Positions 59,498 to 64,000 of a stretch of 64,000 bases of DNA are shown here, piece by piece. The position numbers and the translations under genes are program-made. The notes under the pieces were generated by a model. The model was not told the origin of the DNA, did not search any database, and saw only the letters and a list, made by a program, of their open reading frames with translations. Position 1 is the first letter of the stretch; each line of letters opens with the position of its first letter. The DNA is from a virus: the IMG/VR virus record IMGVR_UViG_3300018890_000002, positions 1 to 64,000 of that record; one strand, written 5' to 3'.

Positions 59498-59719
59498 ATG
59501 CAGACTAAAAGATTAAATTGGCAAACCCAACAGATAAAAGATTGGCTTGATTACAGTGACATTTCCACTTCTTGTAAAACTTCTGCTCAATTAGAATGGG
59601 AAGTAGTAGATAGATTTTTAGTTAGAGATTGTCCGACTCCATTAGATAGAGTAAAAAATGCTGCTATGCAAGAATTATTTGCAGAAGTTGAATGGAGTGA
59701 ATTAGTGTTTAAATTCTAG
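59498..59719 (+). CDS. Hypothetical protein
   Basis: AAGGAG RBS. Confidence 0.65.
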   Translation: MQTKRLNWQTQQIKDWLDYSDISTSCKTSAQLEWEVVDRFLVRDCPTPLDRVKNAAMQELFAEVEWSELVFKF

Positions 59720-59761
59720 TCCGCAATGACATTAAACTAATACTTAGCTAAGGAGAATCAA

Positions 59762-60094
59762 ATGGCTGCTAAATACAACGAAACAATTACTCTTTGTCAT
59801 CCTGAATATGGTACTTGTTGTCTAACTCGTAAAGAATTTCAGGAACAATACGGGTTAACCAAGCAAGATATCTCAAATTTAGCTAATCATAGGGGTAAAA
59901 TTCGACAAGGATGGAGTCTCCCAAAGCAAGATAGTTGGAAGAGTTTTTATCTTAGTGTCTCACAAGAGGTTTGGAATATTGCAGAAAAGATAGCCTATGA
60001 AAAAGGAGTGACGGTAGAAGCTGTTATATGTGATGCTGCTGAGAAACAGTTGAAGTATCAGGTAAATGAGATGTTGTCAGAAAATATTGAATGA
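59762..60094 (+). CDS. DNA-binding protein (NUMOD1-like HTH plus ribbon-helix-helix)
   Basis: EFQEQYGL..ISNL...GW; FYLSVSQEVWNIAEKIA..GVTVEAVI. Confidence 0.55.
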   Translation: MAAKYNETITLCHPEYGTCCLTRKEFQEQYGLTKQDISNLANHRGKIRQGWSLPKQDSWKSFYLSVSQEVWNIAEKIAYEKGVTVEAVICDAAEKQLKYQVNEMLSENIE

Positions 60095-60149
60095 TTCAAA
60101 ACGTTAGAGGTAAGTAAGGGCTTCCAATCAAGTAACTAAAGGAGTTGTC

Positions 60150-60758
60150 ATGTCTATATTCAAATCAACACAAATCGAAAAGAAAAAGACTGCTCAAATA
60201 TCCCAATGAACAGAAAATGGTTACGACTACAAAGGAGTAGTTGAATATGGAATGGTTTACTTGAAAGGTAATTCTCAGCCATATTTCTCTATTACTGCTT
60301 TTACTTGGTGTAAGAGTAGTAAAGGAGGTAGATGGAGAGAAGATAGTGGCGGTTGTCTTCATGAGTTAATAGTCAAGAAAAAGAAGTCATTAGCCCCATT
60401 AATTCAATTTCATTTAGCCGGACAAGATGGACTGCCAATTCTCTATCTAGAGAACGGATATTATTGGTACAAGGAGAACTTAGAAATCTTTAAAAGCTAT
60501 GTTCAATTATCTGAGGATGAAGAAATTCCAGAAGTTTCAAAGATTGAGCTACCTGTGGTCTTAAGTGAGACTGGAAAAGAACTTGATTTACCAGAGAAAG
60601 AACAAGAGAAAATCAGAGAAAAATTCCGTAAACAATTTATTTGTCAATGGCTCAAAACCCGAGAAGATAGATTGAGAGAGGAGTTTAATGAAGTAATGAA
60701 GATTTTTGGTGTTGAATATATCACTGAAGAGGAAATCAATCAACTCAAGACTAAGTAA
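60150..60758 (+). pseudogene. Hypothetical protein with in-frame TGA at 60207-60209
   Basis: AAGGAG RBS and ATG at 60150, in frame with ORF 60252..60758. Confidence 0.6.
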
Positions 60759-60776
60759 TTTAATAAGTAGAGGGAA

Positions 60777-61067
60777 GTGACTAACCTTTACTATCAATTC
60801 ACTAAGGAGTTTAAGATGGTAGCTAGAATATCAGTAAGGACTTTCACTGTTCCAGAGTATTTCCTGTCGTTTCTAATTAACGATCAATGTAGTGGTTTGA
60901 CTCAAGACGATTTTAACCAATTTAAAGACTTCATTGAAAGAGAAGAAATTGATGAGAGTTTGGGTCATTGGTCTTATGATGACGTTGAACCTTATTATTC
61001 TGAGAGTAATAATATAACAAGTCAAAGTGGAACTGTGGTAGATGTTGAATGGGTAGAAATTAATTAA
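60777..61067 (+). CDS. Hypothetical protein
   Basis: ORF; AAGGAG RBS before Met at 60816. Confidence 0.65.
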   Translation: MTNLYYQFTKEFKMVARISVRTFTVPEYFLSFLINDQCSGLTQDDFNQFKDFIEREEIDESLGHWSYDDVEPYYSESNNITSQSGTVVDVEWVEIN

Positions 61068-61111
61068 GTCTTAAGAGTTACTAAGGAAACTAAGACAATG
61101 TGGAAGAGGAA

Positions 61112-61496
61112 ATGTTTGCAATAGTAATTAGAGAGGACAAAGGAGCTAAAGTAGTATCCTATAAGAGTAAGGAGATTGATAGCTCAGAAAATATGTCAAT
61201 CTGTGGAGTTGAGAATTACGAGCAAGGGAAAAGATTATCCTAATTGGGTTAGAGGGTTCAAAGTTATAGGAGATGATTTTTTACACTTAAGTGATAAAGA
61301 TAAAGATAGCTTTTGTCTTATGCTTAAGAATATCGAGTATGTGAAAAGAAATAATATTAGTAGGTCTATTACTCTAGAAGATTTACCTATTAAGGAACCT
61401 ACTAAAGATGAGATACGTGATATCTACTATGAAGAAATAAAAGTTTACCCTCAGTTAAATGAGATAGTTAAACGATACATAGAAAATAATCACTAG
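61112..61496 (+). pseudogene. Hypothetical protein with apparent +1 frameshift near 61230
   Basis: MFAIVIRED..YEQGK joins DYPNWVRGF.. across GGGAAAAG. Confidence 0.45.
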
Positions 61497-61505
61497 GAGA
61501 AAATC

Positions 61506-61829
61506 ATGAATTACAGAGTACCAGCTTACTATCCAGAAGTTCCTGAAGAAGTTAAGAACTATTTACGGATTGTTGATGAAGTCATAGTTCCTCAGTGTAT
61601 TAAGGGTAATTAAGTGTCAGTTGTAACCCCAAAAATAGGAGGTTCTGCTTTACTACCTTCTTATGCAATGATTGGAGATATACTATTCACTTTCTATTCC
61701 TCTATTCAAGATATGTGGGAAGATGCTTATTACGACGCTTGGTATGGTTCAGAAGATAAGAATGATGTAACTCTTCTGACTGACCTAGCTATCAACTGCG
61801 TTAAGTCATTAGAATGGTGGAGTCGTTAA
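61506..61829 (+). pseudogene. Hypothetical protein with in-frame TAA at 61611-61613
   Basis: AGGAG RBS and ATG at 61506, in frame with ORF 61614..61829. Confidence 0.5.
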
Positions 61830-62051
61830 CATGGATAATGAAGAAATGATTAGTATTGAGAATTGCGAAAGAAGGTTATGGTATTTCTGAAGATGAAATT
61901 GAGTTCATTGAGTAATCTTTAACTCATCGTTTAAGGCATCTTATATCTAGTAATGTACTATTTATCGTTTTTAGGTATAAGGTGTGTCTATGAAGCAAAT
62001 AAAGCCATCTGAGAGGATACTAACTCTTAGACTAAAACATAAGGAGAAATC

Positions 62052-62498
62052 ATGACTACTTTATCCCCAATTGAAAAAGCTGAGTTAGAAGCACAAGAAG
62101 CTAGAAGTCAATTTAACTATCTTCAAAATATAATGATGAAGACTCCTGAGTTTTTAGCAGTTCAAAAGCAAAGAGAAGTAATGAATAAAGCAGATGAAAA
62201 AGTAAACTTATTAAAAAGAGAGGCAGCTAAACCCAAGGTAGACGCGACAATTTCTAGTTTAAAAGAGAAAGGTTATGAATGTAGAGCTGTTTACTCACAT
62301 GGTTATATTTCTGAGTATGTAATCTGTGATAAAGAAATATCTGAGATAGGAAGTTTATTTTCTACGGATAGAGGGATTGAAGCTATTTCAAGCGATCACA
62401 GTGATCATTTTTATGAAGGAAGTGATTTGTTAGGTTGTGGGGATAGTGAAGAAGAAGCTTGGAGAGATGCTGTAAGAAATCAGAATTGTAAAATCTAA
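62052..62498 (+). CDS. Hypothetical protein (paralog of 62748)
   Basis: LKEKGYE...LLGCGDSEEEAWRDA. Confidence 0.75.
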   Translation: MTTLSPIEKAELEAQEARSQFNYLQNIMMKTPEFLAVQKQREVMNKADEKVNLLKREAAKPKVDATISSLKEKGYECRAVYSHGYISEYVICDKEISEIGSLFSTDRGIEAISSDHSDHFYEGSDLLGCGDSEEEAWRDAVRNQNCKI

Positions 62499-62569
62499 TC
62501 TCAATTATTCTCAGATTTTCGTTTGTGTCCGCAACGACATTAAACTATTAATTAATTTAGGAGGGTATT

Positions 62570-62710
62570 ATGACGACATCTGATGGTATTGCCTTTGTTA
62601 TTATAGGCTATTTGATTCCTCAGCTACTATACGTTTGTTACATGGTTGGAATGTCTAAAGGCTATGACATAGCAGTAGAAGATTACAAAAGAATTAATAG
62701 ATGTCCATAA
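62570..62710 (+). CDS. Small membrane peptide (46 aa)
   Basis: AGGAGG RBS; hydrophobic helix. Confidence 0.55.
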   Translation: MTTSDGIAFVIIGYLIPQLLYVCYMVGMSKGYDIAVEDYKRINRCP

Positions 62711-62747
62711 AGTTTAATGCTAAAGCTCAGTAACTAGGAGAAAAGTA

Positions 62748-63233
62748 ATGTCCATTACTAATATCAATGCAAAAGTTTCAGCAGCAGAAGAGTTGGTAGA
62801 TTTCCATAGACTAGAATTAGAAAATTCGATTGACTACGAGAGACTGGAAAAAAGCAAAAAGCTACTTTCTGATTTAAAGAAATTGCAAGAAGAAGAGTAC
62901 CAGAAAAAGCAAATTCAACTACACATAGAAAGGTTAAAGAAGGAAGGGTACGAGTTGCGAACTGGTCACTTGACTAGCTCTACTAGAACAGATGAGTGGC
63001 AATCAGAAGACGGAGAGTCATATACTTTCCTAGTTGTTCATAAGGACACTCCAAAAATCAGAGAGATGCTAGAGTGCAGCTTTGAAGCAATCCCGTTAAT
63101 AGGTGATCCTGGTAGCGGAAAAGTATTAGAACCAGAAACAATTCTTGGATCTGGAAAGACAGAAGACTTAGCTTGGAAATCTGCGGTAACAGGGGACTAT
63201 ATTAACAACTTACCTACAGAAGAGTGTAGATAG
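62748..63233 (+). CDS. Hypothetical protein (paralog of 62052)
   Basis: LKKEGYE...ILGSGKTEDLAWKSA. Confidence 0.75.
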   Translation: MSITNINAKVSAAEELVDFHRLELENSIDYERLEKSKKLLSDLKKLQEEEYQKKQIQLHIERLKKEGYELRTGHLTSSTRTDEWQSEDGESYTFLVVHKDTPKIREMLECSFEAIPLIGDPGSGKVLEPETILGSGKTEDLAWKSAVTGDYINNLPTEECR

Positions 63234-63363
63234 TTAGTCTCTTCCCCAGTAATTGACTAACTCAGTAATATAGTAAGGACAAAGCATGAACGTTGAAGAA
63301 ATTGTAGAACAAGTCAAAAGTTTATGATATTAGAATGTTCTTAACTAAAAGGAGAGTCACATA

Positions 63364-63654
63364 ATGTTTAACCCTCTGAGTGAAATTTTAACTCTAGATC
63401 TAGATTGGTTGAAATCTAATGGATGGACGTTAAGAGGAATCTTAGCATACCGTCATATTCTGTACGAATACAATCATTCGGGAACTCCTTCTCAAAGCAG
63501 AATTACTGAGATTATTAAACAGTATGACGCAGAAGGACAGGCTCACAAGATAATTGAAGCTTTACAGGATTTGCTTTTGCTCAAGCAGTTATTTTCAAAT
63601 CCTGTAGAAATATCAGATACAGCTTGGGAAAAAATTATCTCAGCTTATCGTTAA
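63364..63654 (+). CDS. Hypothetical protein
   Basis: AAGGAG RBS; 96 aa. Confidence 0.7.
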   Translation: MFNPLSEILTLDLDWLKSNGWTLRGILAYRHILYEYNHSGTPSQSRITEIIKQYDAEGQAHKIIEALQDLLLLKQLFSNPVEISDTAWEKIISAYR

Positions 63655-63659
63655 CTCCT

Positions 63660-63698
63660 AGCTAGATGTAGGGTGCAATTCCCTACAAAACATCAGCT
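63660..63698 (+). ncRNA. T-loop hairpin (minimal tRNA-elbow-like element)
   Basis: GTAGGG-TGCAATT-CCCTAC within AGCT..GATG/CATC..AGCT. Confidence 0.5.
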
Positions 63699-63785
63699 CT
63701 AACTTCCTCCAAAGAAGATGTCTTATTGACTCTGGAGCTTTTAGAAGGAGAATATTATGCAGTTGTTCTCATAAGAGAGAATTAA

Positions 63786-63850
63786 AAGTCGAAACATTTT
63801 AGCTCCTTAGCTAAGATGTCGGTAGATTATGTCTGCCCTGATGAGGACTT
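63786..63850 (+). ncRNA. Hammerhead ribozyme, type II
   Basis: AAGTC-GAAA-CATTTTAGCT(CCTT)AGCTAAGATG-TC^-GGTAGAT(TAT)GTCTGCC-CTGATGA-G-GACTT; predicted cleavage after 63820. Confidence 0.85.
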
Positions 63851-63885
63851 CTCATTGGAACAACAATTATTGGAGTAAAGGTCAA

Positions 63886-64000
63886 ATGACTAATATTATA
63901 TTTTCTCCCCTTCAACAGAGAGATGTGGAAATCCGGTTTATTTGTCATGAGGGATTCACCATAACTACGACCAATGAAAAGTACCAGTTTGTGAGAAATA
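63886..64000 (+). CDS. Hypothetical protein (runs off window)
   Basis: ATG at 63886 after GGAG/AAGG; open to the end. Confidence 0.5.
   Translation, partial: MTNIIFSPLQQRDVEIRFICHEGFTITTTNEKYQFVRN

Noticed and set aside
7360-60797. Other short antisense or overlapping ORFs (7360, 7703, 10284, 10753, 15928, 17718, 18224, 23249, 34672, 40474, 40512, 43042, 44151, 49584, 50061, 51603, 54428, 60165, 60588)
   Set aside because: They overlap better-supported genes and lack RBS or motifs.
47791-63698. Hatchet or twister-sister ribozyme calls for the CGTTAAAAC and GGTGCAAT elements
   Set aside because: Only short words resemble those families; the remaining core helices and conserved nucleotides could not be found.
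1-64000. Genome-wide TGA reassignment (code 4/25)
   Set aside because: TGG is used widely, long genes have no internal TGA, and TGA terminates genes in ATGA/GTGA overlaps.
1-64000. CRISPR array, integrase/att site, IS element
   Set aside because: No regularly spaced repeats, recombinase or transposase motifs seen.

Overview
64 kb segment of an AT-rich tailed dsDNA phage or prophage, probably a siphovirus. A cyanobacterial host is inferred, not proven, from the C39-like peptidase type, the ATPase/membrane cluster and CGATCG/HIP1-type words. Positions 1-34.7 kb hold a mostly minus-strand virion module: large terminase, a MuF-like protein with a long extension, prohead protease, scaffold, decoration protein, lambda-E-type major capsid, a lysis-like cassette containing a multi-PAS membrane protein, many basic Gly-rich proteins (two with an ADP-ribosyltransferase-like core), neck/tail genes, a tail chaperone with a -1 frameshift, and a tape measure gene running off the left edge. 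Positions 34.7-45.9 kb are accessory: tRNA-Arg(UCU), Bro-N, SF2 helicase, a decaying paralog cluster, a membrane/FtsK-like ATPase operon and small terminase. From about 46.1 kb, tandem sigma70-type promoters drive a plus-strand early region. It opens with a ~660-nt structured non-coding stretch, and its intergenic spaces carry anticodon-less tRNA-like cloverleaves, other repeated RNA motifs and a hammerhead ribozyme. No portal, integrase or CRISPR array was recognised. All protein family calls come from motif recognition by eye, with no database search.
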